DNA from: Balanoglossus misakiensis
Taxonomy: Eukaryota > Animalia > Hemichordata
Direction of reading: 5' to 3'
Assembly (NCBI GenBank): GCA_040954595.2
Contig: CM082592.2
Location: 7,117,677 to 7,181,676, forward strand
DNA: 64,000 nt
Part shown: piece by piece, positions 28,301 to 41,959 of the stretch
How the letters are laid out: each line of letters opens with the position of its first letter
Position numbering within the stretch: position 1 is the first letter of the stretch
Program-made: the position numbers and the translations under genes
The notes under the pieces: generated by a model
What the model was told of the DNA's origin: nothing
The model's database searches: none
Seen by the model: only the letters and a program-made list of their open reading frames with translations

Positions 28301-31300
28301 TCCAAAGTTTTCAGTTACCGCAGATGTAAAAGCTTCTCCTCAGTCGCAAAGTATAGCAGTTTTATGTGCATTTATTACCATACATTGCAATTCTATATGT
28401 TCTGACCGTAAATGACAACGGACATCATCGACTTGATTGGTCTACTAGAAGTGAGTTATGTGCCAGGGTGTGTGAATGCTCTTCAGATATCCGAAATACA
28501 ATGGGATATTTATAGACATGCAGTGTTTTCAGATCACAAATTTTTATTGTCATCAACCAAGATAACGCAATTGGAGGACTTAACTACATTTGTAAGATTA
28601 TACATGTATATCCAAATGTGTATTTGCAAAAACTGGCAGAGAGAAATTAAATTAATTGCAACCTGTGTCCCTCATCTGATACAGATAAACAGTTAACAAT
28701 GGCCAGGATATTAATCTTAATTTTTACTGTCATCAAATTCAAAATATATCAAATCGAAAGCAAAAGGTGTTCAGGTTACACATTTGTGATAACCGTGGCT
28801 TTTGTCAGGACAATTGACCGATAAATTACTTGTAAAATGGGCCTTGTGCTATCTCTTGAAATCAGATCGCGGTGTGATAACAGTGGTTCACAACCGAGCG
28901 ACCCCCAGCTGACCCTGGTTGTCCAGATCCAACTGTTTGTCATTTCAGAATTTTTTGTCCATGAGGGAATGAGTCACAACAGCACATGACAATTGACATA
29001 TGCTCGTAAAGTCACAGTTGCTGCTTTCACAAAAATAGGGGGTTGTGCGACTTTGCGAAGTACCATACATTACAACAGGAATAAAACAGTGTCAAGGACA
29101 CCGCTCCCATTTGACCAGAATCGACACCATAAAACGGGAAATTTTCGCAACAGGAATTAACTGTTTTTTTTCCTGAAGTGTCAATACCCCGCCCATGTGT
29201 CATAACATTGTTCTCCTTGCCAGTGAAAAAAAAATGATCATGGCTATAAATAAACACCTGTTGATAACCATAATTTTCTCAGAATAAGTGTACCATTCAA
29301 CAGCCAAACGGCAATAAAACGATTCTGATGTTGATATACAGGCTATACTTTCAAGCATTTATTTACCAGTAACATGAGCATTATTCTAAAAATGGAAAAA
29401 TCTGAAAACAGTTAGAGAAAGGTTACCCATACTAACTATAAAAAGCTTACAAAGGACTTTATTAAACTCAAATGAGGATTGCTGACAGACATTGAGTACT
29501 TCATCAATTATTTACCCTCATGAACACTGGAGGAGTAATATAAAACTACAATCATCTATTCACAGAGAAATCAAGCATGATTCCAGTTTGGAAATATCAA
29601 TCAGAGACTTTATCAAACAACATGAAGCACCGAAGTCCATCACTGATAAAACTATACGGATGCCAGTATCAGAATCTTGTTACAGTAATCATTCAAAGTG
29701 GTATTCTAAATTATCAAAATTATCCCCACTTGGGGTATAAGCCTACAGGTTCGTCAACCTCTGACAATCACAAGGCATGCTGGGTAAAACCAAGGAAAGG
29801 ATGACTCCAGATAAACTCACTATGAGTACCTTGCAACGCATGCCCCATATATATACTGATAAGTGATATAGTCTGGCTAAGGAGAAGGAAACTGTATCGG
29901 ATGAATCTTGATCTCTTCTTTTTCATATTGGCTCAGTGAAACCAACTCTGCTATCAGCCTAGTGCATTCAATATTAATTGAAACCTAAGACAAAAATGCA
30001 GACTCAGAAACATTAAACATCAGAAACAGTATTACTCGGATCTGTTTCAAAGCAAATATGATCACAACATGATCTTCTGATGATTCGAGTTTCATATTTT
30101 CAAGACAGAGCAACATTATCAACGTAGAAAACTTTCATTCTGTAGCTGAATAGATAGATGTCATTATTAATTCATTCTTTAACTCATGTATTTCAGTGAG
30201 TTAAAATTATCTTTGAATATTGATGTTTAAAGAAATCTAATGAATTATTCGAATCAATAGCCTATTTTTAGTTCAGATTACAAAACAAAGTTACGGGCAT
30301 CTTTAGATGTTATTGATGTATAATGCATGATGTTGCAGCCCGAGGGTGGCACAGATTGAAATCGGTTTTCACAAACATTAATCAGTACTTACATGAGAGT
30401 TTTTATTTTTAGTCATTCCCAAATCAATGGCACATCATCTGTGCCTGGAAGTTTCATTTCCAAATTACTATCAACTATTTACTGAGTGAATCTCCCAAGG
30501 GGGGGTTGGAGCTGTGCATCTGCGGAACATCGTGTTTCAGGGGGACCCCAGGAAAACATGGCCGATAAGTTGTAACACATTCCTATTTTCCCAGGTAAAA
30601 AAATGACCAGCTTCAAATACTGTTTTACCAGTCCTGTATATATGCAACATTTCAGAATATACGACCACACTGAGGCAGCTAGCAGTGTTTTCAAAAGGCA
30701 CCTAATAAGCTTATTCAACAAATTTGATTACCAATGCCTTTACATGTACATTGCACAGATGACTGATTAGCTACAGAACAGGTAATTCCACTTACAAGTG
30801 ATTAGCATTGTCATGTCAATTGCTAAATTGCATGATGTGTTTAGTTATCAACATCTATCTCACATGGATTTCAGTTTTGTTGCTGGTATATGTTGGCTGG
30901 GGGATTGTTGACAGTTTTTCCAATTATTGATTCAAATTTACGGTCGATGAGCCTGCCCTGTGACCATGACACACCCACTTATTTAAATGGGTAGCCATTA
31001 CATCAGGAGCTACCGTACCCTAATTTCCATTTCTGATTTCTTTTCTAACCACAGTGAAATACCGACGACAAAAAACATTTCAGCAGTCACAATGAGGTTA
31101 GCTCGTGTTTCACCAGAACTTATTTTCATTTTCGTAAATGTGGGTCAGCCACTCAACGGTGAACCTTACTGCAGGGCACGGCACAATAACCTTGCTTGCG
31201 CGAGGACAATGATCCCAGTGTATGACTACAAGCATACTACCACGTACACATGTTCTGCACAATACAGCAAATTTTTGTCTTTTACGAGGCGGCACGAGTT

Positions 31301-34300
31301 ATGAATCTTTCAGGCCAGGTGTACTTTGGTTACATGTCTGTTTGAATGAGACACAGGGAACAAATCTGCGGAATTAGACTTTCATATTTTCTGTGCCATG
31401 TTTATGTTTTATTCAGAAAACATTGGATGCCTCGTCACATGACTTCATTTCCATGGATACGTCACACTTTCCATTTAATTCCAACTGCCACCGATCCACA
31501 AAACATCTTTGTATCTTTTTTCCCTCTCAATATTGATGGATGACCGTTGAGAGAAATACCGGAACCTCAGTCATGAATAATTACATACGGCTTAGAATGA
31601 TTCAAGCATTTAATAAAATGCTGTCCTGAAAGGTATTTCCTTTCGCACAAATACAGCAGTTAAAATATATGATTGAACATGAAAATATTATTTCTTGCAA
31701 CAAATGTGCCAGGCAGACCAATGCGTACATGTCTACAAAACTATCATACACGTAAATACATGTACTACAAAATACAGTCTTATGTGATATGCAAAAGTTT
31801 ACCAAGCATGACGACAAACAGCGTTCTCAATTTGTGACACTATTTCACATTTTACAACCTCCCCTGCAAAATCCAATAAAATCCATCACTCAAGATGACT
31901 TCCAGGTTCTCAGTACATTAGCAGAATATCAGGGCAATCAGATGCTGTGTATAAACTTTCACAGGGACCTTCTTGGGGCGTAAACATTGCCATTGTCCAG
32001 GTGTCTCCTTTCCGAGCCATGAATGGGGACGCCAAAAATAGCTCGAAGGATTATCACCGACATATCAATCACTGTTCATTCCCTGCTAGGCCAAGGTATT
32101 GGATTGTCAAGGTGCATTTAGTCACAGCCATTTAACCGACAATTTCTCTGAATATCCTATATCAAATATCATCACATTATCACCAGCGGTTTTCAAACAA
32201 TCTACTCAGGCTTGCAATATACGGAATGTTCTTTTCAACTTCCGGCGACTACCTGCTCATGTCAAAGACAACAAAACAAAACATGGCATTCTATTTTTAT
32301 ATTTCTTTTACGACAAAGTAAGTGGTGCTTAAACACAGCAGTATGAATTTTTTTTTCTATTTATTCCGATGGCATTAAAAATACTGGTACTTATTCCGTA
32401 GGAAAACAGTAATAACACTCCGAACAAACTAAATGAACTCAATATTTATCGATGTAATGTGAAAGACTGTTGACAACACCCTGCACGGTTTTGACCTTTA
32501 TCTGACGAAAAACACCCGACTGCCAAGCACAAGGTCATGCCACATGGGATTAGCCGCAGCCATGTTACCCGACAAAATATTCAAAACGGACCGTCCACAG
32601 TCTACGTTCATCGCAAACAAAAAACGCCTCTCTGCATCTGGGGCACTCTCCGAACAATATTCCTAATTTCTGTTATGACAGACAGACTTGAATAGCACAT
32701 CGCTGGAACCCATTACTTATGATCAAATTGATCTCAATTTCTGAATGGGAAGGAAAAAATCAATAAAGGGGGACACACTCAATAGGAAATTAGGCCAGTT
32801 GGAAAATATGTTTGCTTACGGTACAAATGAAAACATTTCTGTTGATCATAACTATTGCAATTGAATCCTGGGAGTTGTTTGTCCATTCAATATAGCAACC
32901 AGCTGGAAATATGGTCAAATATGGTCCAACAACCATGCATGAACTAATTTTATTATCAGCTGGCAACTCTAACTCAGTTAAAACATGACCAGTATACAGA
33001 AGAACACTTTCTTGGCACAGTGACAAATCGTGGCAACTGAACTACAATGTTATTTTGTTTACAAGGAGTACCTGGGAACACTTCCATGTAATCTATCTAA
33101 TTTTCCAGGTATTCTCAAGCTGGCTCATAAAGCTTAGATCCTTCAGGTATTTTTCTCTCTGCACAGCCAACGATTTACATTTACTTTTGTTTGTTTCTTC
33201 GTAATTACAGAAAACCTGATACATGATTTATTATGTTGCTAGGGTGAAGAGGTGGGACGCATGAAGATTTTATGGGCGTCCAGAAGAACAGTCAGACATT
33301 TCTGTTTTGTGCGATTGTAAAAAGTCAACAAAAAATTGCTGATATTTGCGCATTTCGGGGGAAGGTCAGAGATACATGCCTGTACATGAAACAAAATGTA
33401 CTTTGCTCTACAACACTGGTATATGGACACAAAGCGACGACAGCCTCTATGCTTTAAAGCAAATCCTAGCACAGCTATGCTTCAATCTGTTTTCACCAAT
33501 AATAAAATCTTCACTTTTTCGTGACAAACTAGAGTCAGCAATGTTAAGCGGTACATCAGTGATCACACACTGAAACAGTTGTATGGAAACTATTACTCTG
33601 TCACTATAAATAGCCTGTCGCGGTACATACTCGTACACTATGGTTTATGTTCTGCCAAAGGCTTTGATAAGAAAGTAATGGCCTGCATGGCTTTTAATAC
33701 AGCACACCCAGATAGGTCAAACACGTATGTATGCATAAAGAAAATGACAGGGGTGGGAACTCTAGTGTTAAAAACTCTCCTAGGGGTGTGACTGTGCAGT
33801 CAATCTATACTTCCCATATATACAGGAGACATGGTTTTTTGATGAACTTGTACAATATCAGGATAGGCAACTTGCAATTTATTTTACGACGATCAACTTT
33901 TAATGTTCTGTGTGATTTTAGGAATAATCAATCAAACCAATTAATGGCAGAATAATGCACTACACTTCAGACCGTCACCGTGTTCTTAAAACCTACATCA
34001 TTACATGTAGTCTTCATGAATGTTGGGTCTGTGTGTTATGACTACCAAAATATTTTCCCATACTTCAAATTATACCCAGAACAACAACTTCATTGTGTCA
34101 TTTTAAACTAACAAGAATCTTCATATAGTCACTATAAAATCACTGTTAAACCAATGTATGCATGATTCGGTTTTGATGCATGAAACTTATGGAGAAACTG
34201 CCAATTTTGCAAAGATACAATGTATCCGTTGGATAGGGATTTTAGAGGACAACTCTTACTCAATTGCTTAGTTGAGCCCATTATTTGACACAACCAGACC

Positions 34301-35322
34301 TTCTCACAATCCCTAACCCTAACTTCCAAATTGCTTGTTTTTCTCAACACCTAAGCATTACTCAAAGAATTCATGACGTTGACTCTATGGTTTAATAAAT
34401 AAATAAAAATAGAGAAACTTGTGTTGTGAACAGTGCAGTTTTACAAAACATCTGACTACTGTGCTGGTATGGAACTGACGTGCACTATAATACTGTAAAC
34501 GGTAAAACCGTCTTTAAAGCTCAAAGGGTAAGGGTGTGGATTTATGTAACTGTCTCGAGTATGCACATATAAATTAGTGTGGCAATGGATTCAATGGCTG
34601 CATACGGTTTTGAATCTTTCTGTTAACAATGTGTTTAATACAAACACTTTTACTAAATAGGGCCATTCAAAAGACAACCTGTAAGTGGTCCCTGTCGCAA
34701 TGTTACAAAGGTTCTGTTCCGCCCATGTTGGACCAAGTTTCACGTACGCACTCGAAGGCATTGCAAACGGGTTCGCATAATGCGGAGACTTTGAACACCA
34801 GTCGCAGCCTTCCAGTGCACAGAAACTTGTTCCAACTTCAAGTGCGGTAAAACAATCGAAGAAATTCAAGGTTTAAAAAGCAGACATTGTTAAAAACGTG
34901 CACGCCATCATGTACAGTACAGTGTCATATCCAGGGCAGGGGGTCACCATCCACACTGTACATTTCAATACAACAGCACGCATGTCTGTACATAGTCTGT
35001 CGCAGCCACCATTTCCTATCAATGCAACGGTGGATTGTTTTCACGCAACCTACCTGAAAGCAATGGTCAGACATTCGAAAAGCTTGCTCAGAGAGGCGTC
35101 AATTTCCGTATTCTTCTGACGCACAAAGTTATAGTTCTTAAAAGTGTCTTTGATAGCTTTACTGAAGTCATACGCGCCTGGTTTCTGTTCGTGGACTTCG
35201 CTGACCATAAAGTGTCCAGAGTGGATAGTTTCCGAGGAAGGTTTTCGGTTATTCCCGCCTTCCCGGTCGGGCCCAACCGCCGTAGCTTCTTCGTTGAATG
35301 ATACTCTATATATCTGAGCCAT
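13351..35322 (-). CDS. MLXIP: Mondo / MLX-interacting protein (MondoA/ChREBP family bHLH-ZIP), about 16 exons
   Basis: Mondo conserved regions: IHSGHFMVS and IDASLSKLFECLTIAF (exon 1), SPKWKTFKG..DKIRLNNAIWRAWHIQ (25438-25332), KKPVVCQFATP, and AVVLEGKYWKR...EYKRWRIFF (19519-19385). A Q-rich exon carries FLAQLLT. bHLH RRTSHISAEQKRRVNIK/AGFDML..KVSKASMLQK, then NWKFWI/FSIIIRPLF and C-terminal VLSSLRQLSTTTSILSDP...STQ* (TAG 13353-13351). Confidence 0.93.
13895..14173 (-). other. U12-type (minor spliceosome) GT-AG intron in Mondo
   Basis: 5' splice site |GTATCCTTT after NWKFWI; branch sequence CCTTAAC about 10 nt before CAG|. Confidence 0.9.
18277..18421. repeat. About 61-bp tandem repeat (about 2.3 copies) containing GGTTAGGGTTAGGG
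   Basis: The unit GGTTAGGGTTAGGGATTTC...CAGACACATAGCACTTT..CCATTG.ACCT is repeated within a Mondo intron. Confidence 0.75.
19585..19669. mobile_element. Short MITE with CCC termini and degenerate TTAA-like flanks (piggyBac-like)
   Basis: taaa-CCCTTTCACCACCA...TGGGGGTGAAAGGG-tcaa. Confidence 0.6.
21866..21916 (-). CDS. Candidate 51-nt frame-preserving cassette exon of Mondo (CVDELAQAAWLTTKAEQ)
   Basis: ttctttgtacgtag|TGTGTC...GAGCAA|gtatgt. It is phase 0-0, matching the flanking exons, and has no stop codon. Confidence 0.45.
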
Positions 35323-35410
35323 ATTCGCGTGATACTTAGGTGATTCTGGGGAAATTCCGTCTACATTTTCAGGTAAACAACACTACTCCATGCGATCATC
35401 ACACAGCGCC

Positions 35411-35478
35411 ATATTGGATTGCACCAGCATGCCCTACTGTCGATTTGCATAAACGTCTGCCATACAGTGATGACGTCA
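35411..35478 (-). promoter_or_regulatory. Mondo proximal promoter motifs: CCAAT, octamer ATTTGCAT, palindromic CRE TGACGTCA (35471-35478)
   Basis: The motifs lie 90-155 bp upstream of the Mondo ATG. Confidence 0.45.
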
Positions 35479-36906
35479 CTTCACGGAAACAACATAACGG
35501 TACAGCACTGATAAACAAATGAACAACGGCGTTGCCATTCAATATGAGTTTCTGTTTTTTGGCTGAAGTTGTCTGATAGGTCTTCACAAGAGTTTCAGAT
35601 CTGCCTTTTCTCACTTTTCCAATGGACAGAGAAGGACCCAAAATGTGCCACCAATATAAAAAGTGGCCACCATGCACCCTTACACTCAATACATGGCTAA
35701 ACAAAGGCAAAAAGTTAAGACATGTTACGCCCGTTGGTGGCGGTCCGCGCCCACCACTCGTCAAAAAGGGCCATTTGCCAAAATGTTCCCCCTCCCTTCA
35801 TCACTTTTATTGATCGGCCATATTCTATTCAAAAGAATTGTTTTTGTCACTTACTCACTTGGCTTTCAACCTGAATACAATGCTAATCCCCTCTCTGCAT
35901 TGTTCCTGGCTTGGACAAAGTGAAACCAACAAAGCCATGGTCAGAGAGAGAGAGGTGTACTTGTCACCAAAGACAGAACAATTCACACCCTATATTGTCA
36001 TGTGAATCAATGGTACTAGTGAACACAGTTCAGTTTAAATTGCATTTTTAATGAAAGCTACGTAAAATTCAACTACATGTATCTGTTTTACAAGAATTAA
36101 TAAATACATTACACTCTACTTCAGCGACAAAATTGTCAGAAAAAAATATTTACAAGAAAGGAAAAGTGACATAAAGTTCCAAATAATTGTTTAGGAAGAA
36201 ACTTAAAGGGTAAAACTGCAATGATAATAACTATTTACAGCTGTTGATTGAATTAAGAAAACTTGGGTATGTTGAATGTATTAATAATGCTTAAAAACTT
36301 AAAAAATATCAAAATCACAGAATTTTTGCAATGGACACAATATACGTATGATTTTCTATTCAAAATTCACACATTGTCAGACAACATCACTTACAAGGAA
36401 ACATTTTACTACAGAGAAGTGTCAATGGAGTGCACATACAACTAATAATGCAGAAAAATAAAAAAATGTTTTTGTAACAAGTACGTGGTATTTTACAGGA
36501 TATTGGCCTATACAAGCAAATGCCACATTTGGTTTTCTGTGGACCGGTTCCATATTTTACACAAGATAAAATTGAGGAAAAAAAATAATATACATAAATG
36601 CATTTCTTGGGTACTTCCATTATTAAAACTCAAAATATAGTTATCTGTGTCACTTTTATTTCTTACTTTAGATATTTCTCTGTAAAATATTATTATGGGG
36701 TTCCATCTCCAAATCTTTAAATATATATAAACTTCTCTTTTACTACAGATATTATGTACAGGTTAGAAATCCTGGTCAGTTATTTTTTTTTCCGCTCTGA
36801 TAAAACCCCAAAGTCTTCCAGCTATTGGCTGATGCACAGATGTTATTATATACAGTGAGCCAATCAGAGATGAACTCAGATACGTCAATTTAAGGACAGA
36901 AATGCT

Positions 36907-39900
36907 TCATGATAGTAGCGATATCAGAGCATCGAAAAACTTGCTTCTATCTTCTGTCTTCATTTCTATGACTGCAACAGGAGAAAACGACTCATCATAA
37001 TCAATATCAAAGTTTGTTATAACGAAGACCACAGATAAAAAACAAGTATTCCTCTAATATATAATATAAAGATTGGTTACATGTAGTGTGTTCAACTCAG
37101 ATGACTTTGAGCATGGGTTGCAAATAGCCCGGATAAATGTTTTTGTCACACAAAATACTCTGGAAAGTTGAGAATCTAAAACTCACCGGAAGACTCAAAT
37201 TTATCAAAGAGTGTCCTGGACCGTGTCTTCTCACCCGCCTGTTCAAACGCACGACCAAAGAAACTAAACAAAAACAAGAAGTAAAAATAATGATGACCTA
37301 AAGTTAATATTTTTATGACAGTGTTCTCGTCTTTCCACTGGAAAATACCATCATGATTTTCAATGTCTTCAAACATTATAACTTACTTAAACAATCTGGT
37401 GTAAATCAAGTAATGCTTACTTTTTCACCAGGATTTCTTGCTCTCTCTTCGGTGGTACTCCAACCACTATGGAAGTTCCTCTCTCAAGATCCAATGGAGC
37501 ACACATCACCAAGGGCAGAGTCTTGGCTCGTTTGCTTTTACTCTGCAAAAAAAAAAAAAAATCGGTAAAACATAATCAGCCATTATGTTGATAGAATAAC
37601 AATTCTAAGTTGGTTCACATCAGATTGACTAATAATTATACCAGTAGAAAACAACAGCACACATTGAAGCGCTACATACCGCATTGATGTATGCCTCCAG
37701 TGTAAACCTCGCCAGCACAGTGAGACATATCGGGTGCGAGAAGTACTGGGAGTCAGCACTGCCACTCTGAATGTAAGCGTAGAGGAAGGGCCCCGCGTTG
37801 ATGACTTGGTTCATGTCCAGCAAGGTCCTCACTTGTTCCATGACGGCCTTCAGCTGCTTCTTGGCCGTATCCAGTCCGTTCAGCAAATATTCCAGGTTAT
37901 TTCTGTGTGCGGTAGAAAAAAGTCAGACAACCAAGAAGTGGGTACAGATCTATCCCTTTGACAGAGACCCTATGACCCCTTTTTCTTGTATATGGTGCAA
38001 ACCACGCCGTTGAAAACAAGAGGGTGAAACCAAAAAGCCACACATCTCAAACAAGCAATGGGTTCATGAACCTCACCTTGTTAAACTGTCATAGGCATGG
38101 AGAAACTTCTGCTCGGGAGTTTTGTCTCTATCCTGAAGGAAAAAACAACAACAAACTGTTATGAGAAAAGCACTTACATTGCCTCTGATACAAAAGTTAC
38201 TGTATAAATTTGTTTCTGTGTGCACATTGGTGCATATTGGGGTTAACTTAGAGCATACCTGAGGTGTTTTTTTTTAACATGAACAGACAAAGAAAATATA
38301 AACGTGGTCTTACCACTGATTCCAGGATAGCGCCAACTGCAAGAACCACATCAGCTGCACAGAACTAACACAGAAAATAGTAATGTTAGGGTTAGTTTTT
38401 TTTAAATCTAGGATTAAATTGTCATTGATTATTCAAGTAGTTTGCCGGTTCCAGATCCTTGCTAGAAAAGTAGTAGATTAATTAACCAAGAAATCACGAA
38501 CATCTTACCTTGTTTTTATAACCATATTGTGCTTGGAATGATGGTATGAATATATCGTCCAATCTGCAAATGAGATGTAACATGAAAAATGATGCTGTGC
38601 TAATCTGAAACCACTTAGGACACTGGTAAATTTTTCTGCTCTAAACAGTATTTTCACTACGCTAAGATTGGATCTCTGTACAGTAAAACAGGGGAGAGAG
38701 CTATTTTCTGAGCGACCTTACCCAAACTTTTCGGCCGATTTGTTGATCCATTCGCTGAAACTTTCCCTGAGAGACATGTCCATGGCCGAGTATTTCTGTT
38801 TACACTGAACTAAGGGAAGACCCATGTCTGCCAGGAATTCGTGAAGCCTCTTCTTGCCTTTCATCGTCCAGACTTTAAAACTGGAGAGGTGGAGAGATAC
38901 AGAGAGAGAGAGAGAATTACATTTCATGAAATAGCACACATTTTTACTACTGGTAGTAACTATACTACCCTGCAACATTTGTTTTCAGAGAATTTAAAAC
39001 AGATACCCCCCAAGGTGCTCACACAATACACAAAACTGAGCGAGTTTCAAATGAAACAACTTACCTGCAGGCTGTATAGACAGAGTGACATAAGCTGTCA
39101 AATATGGACCAGTGTCGGTACAGTGAAAGGCGCAATCTGTGGCGAGTTAAGGAATTCTTGTACATCATATGTAAACAAAGTACCCTAACAGTGGAACATG
39201 TATATAAGGGTTATAGAATGACTCAGCACTACAACAGAACTCTTCACGTGGACAGACTGCCTGAGCACCAACAATGGCTTGAGCTTGACCAGTCAGATCT
39301 GTGATTGACCATGTGGTGGCTGGCTAAATGCAGAAAGGATACTCTCTATTGAAGGCGATCCTGAGACAATCCACTGACACTGCCATGTCTTGATCATTGA
39401 GTGAGTGATTCAGACGAGATACATGACGATTCAGCTCATCTACGTCACTAACATACTTGTCTCTGCAAAACAATCATAGACTGATGAAGTTACGGGTAGC
39501 TATTAATCAGGGCCAATTATTATTCAACACTCTAGCAGTTACATGCACTACAAGCTTTGCTTTGTTTAGGTAAGGCTAGTGAATTAGATGTCTTCACAAA
39601 TGAAGAAATGTGTCAAGCAAACAACTTACCTTTCAATTTTGCCAATGACAATTTGACTCATCAATCCCACAATAGTCAACCTACAAAGACAAAATCAAAT
39701 TGAGTAAAACGATGAAAGTTGAACGTAAACATCTTCATAGAATGATTATTCTAAACTTTAAAACAATTTGATTTACCAAGATATCATTTCAGCTTGGTTA
39801 CAAGATGACTACCTACCACAACATTTCATTTGTATCCTTCGACATCTTCCATGCTAACTCTTCATATAACACTATTGCTGACTGCAAAAGAGAAAAATGA

Positions 39901-41336
39901 AAAAAAGTTTAGCAAGAAATAAAACAAATCCTCAAACTTATGAATTCCACAATTCTTGAAAAACATACACACACTCTAACAAAACAATTCAACTCACTGA
40001 AGTTCCATGGTAGCTGAATTCTTCATATTGGAAAAGCGTATCCTGTCTCTCTTCTTCCCACAGTCGTCTTTTCCTGCGTCTTTCCATCCGCCTTTCGAGA
40101 GAATCCTTTACAAACAATAAGAAAGTTTTCACTTATCTGCATCCACTTACAGATTAAGGGGTCATATGCTCAGAACATCTCACTCTCAGTTTTTGAGTTC
40201 TTACCTCATCTAAACGTCGTCTTTTGCCGGATGGAGCCGAAGAATCACTTTCATTGCCCGAGTCTTCATCCTCTTCTGACTGTGAATTAAAAAAATCATA
40301 ACATAATATTCAAGTTGTCTCCGCAGATAATATTGGTAGTGGCAGTCAATCATATTCTACAGTAGGCCTATAACATATACATGGCATTGGAAAGTTTTGA
40401 ATGGTTTCAAGGCAACAAGAACAAGAAATGCCAAAAAGGATCATTTACCTCATCATCTTTGAAGATTTTTTCATACTCTGGAATGCTGGAGAAGTCATCT
40501 TCTTGTTTCATTAGCAGTTTCACCTAGAAGGAGCATATTTATGTCAAAGATGGCAAGCAAGGGTGACTGGTAGTCGAATTTATAAATCTGAGTGTGAAGG
40601 GACATATTCATTTCAGTCTTGTCGATAATAGGTAGCACAGGGAATACATCTACTATTGTATCCTGCCAATTCTTTTTTCTGTCTTATGCTGTATTTTAAC
40701 ACACTTACCTGAGTTTCATTGTACACGTTTACAAGATCTATTGGCCTATGGCTGTCACAGATGTAAAACATCACATTCTCTTCAGGCTGAAGCATGTCTA
40801 AGATATCAATATTAGCACCACAATTAATCATCACAACATGCTGGATCTGAAGGGAAAAAAGAGTTGAGCTAATGTTTAATGCAAGTTTAATTTCATATAA
40901 TTATACATGTCATGGAAATCTTATCACAGGCTTGCAATATATCATGAACAGTACAAAAGTACATTAAACCAAATTTTCTCACCTGTTCTGAATGTTCTAA
41001 GAATGCTTTTTCCAGATCTTGTCTCCCTGTGACTGGTACAAGTGTGTACTGTACATGATCACATTGAAAGAGGCTCTGAAGTATACGGCATGCACAAATG
41101 GCATCAACATCTAAAGCTACCAGTACCAACACCCTCTGTCAAAACAAAAAAAGGATCATAACATAAGACATTGTAATGTAAACAAAATGATGTACGTGCT
41201 AGTAATGTACAAAGGAAGTATCCATGATATTGCTGAAATGGAATATTTATCATCGTTTCATGATAAAGGCGACAAGCAGGTTTACCTGGTGCAAAACTAC
41301 GTCGTAAAAGTCCTTCCTGAAGTCAGTTATAAACAT
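36907..41336 (-). CDS. CDC45: Cell division control protein 45, multi-exon
   Basis: [17 protein letters not shown] / [35 protein letters not shown] / [24 protein letters not shown] / [21 protein letters not shown] / FFGRAFEQA / ...[15 protein letters not shown]. Confidence 0.96.
39137..39342 (-). other. U12-type GT-AG intron in CDC45
   Basis: 5' splice site |GTATCCTTT; branch TTCCTTAAC about 9 nt before CAG|. Confidence 0.92.
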
Positions 41337-41959
41337 TTTCTCGTTGTTTCCGTCTAAAAGGTCAGTAAATGCAACAGAAACGTCAATATGAGAAGGTTTT
41401 GACTTTGGCGGGTTTCCCCTTTCAGTAGCTTAGAGTACACGTTCTTCAATTGGATGATGTCCAGAATGTGCCTCAAAATAACCAATCACCATGTACCTTG
41501 CAAGATGTTATGGGTCAAATTAGTTTGTTTGGTGAAACTTTATTCCAACGATGGATCCGTGCCTTGTCATTGAGACCCTCCAGCTTGAAGAAAATGAAGA
41601 CATTTCCCTTGCGGTAACTCCAAAGAAATATTTCACTGGAGGTTGTACGTTGATTGAACGATGCGTTTCAACGAAATTCACGTATAGTCGTGAGAGTATG
41701 CCAAAGAAATTGTTTTAGTTTTGTAAAATAAAACGCCTAAATCGATAAAATTATGTACATTTTATTCACTAAGTTGGAGAGTTTTAAAAATATTGTAACT
41801 TCCGCATCAACAGATCAATGCGTACACACAGTAGTCCAACTCACGATCGACTAGTCTGAGTGCATGTTTTGTTGCCAAAGACGATTAGCTGTCACTCGAT
41901 TTGATCAACACGAGGAGAGGAATATTGTTACATAAGATACAGAGCAATCCCTAGACATC
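41337..41959. promoter_or_regulatory. Bidirectional CDC45/UFD1 promoter region with E2F-like TTTGGCGG (41404-41411) and CCAAT (about 41482)
   Basis: The divergent ATGs are only 623 bp apart, and the E2F-like site is about 70 bp from the CDC45 ATG. Confidence 0.7.

Noticed and set aside
25440-35050. Short ORFs in the 9.6-kb Mondo intron 1 as a possible nested gene
   Set aside because: No recognisable domains or consistent exon chain.
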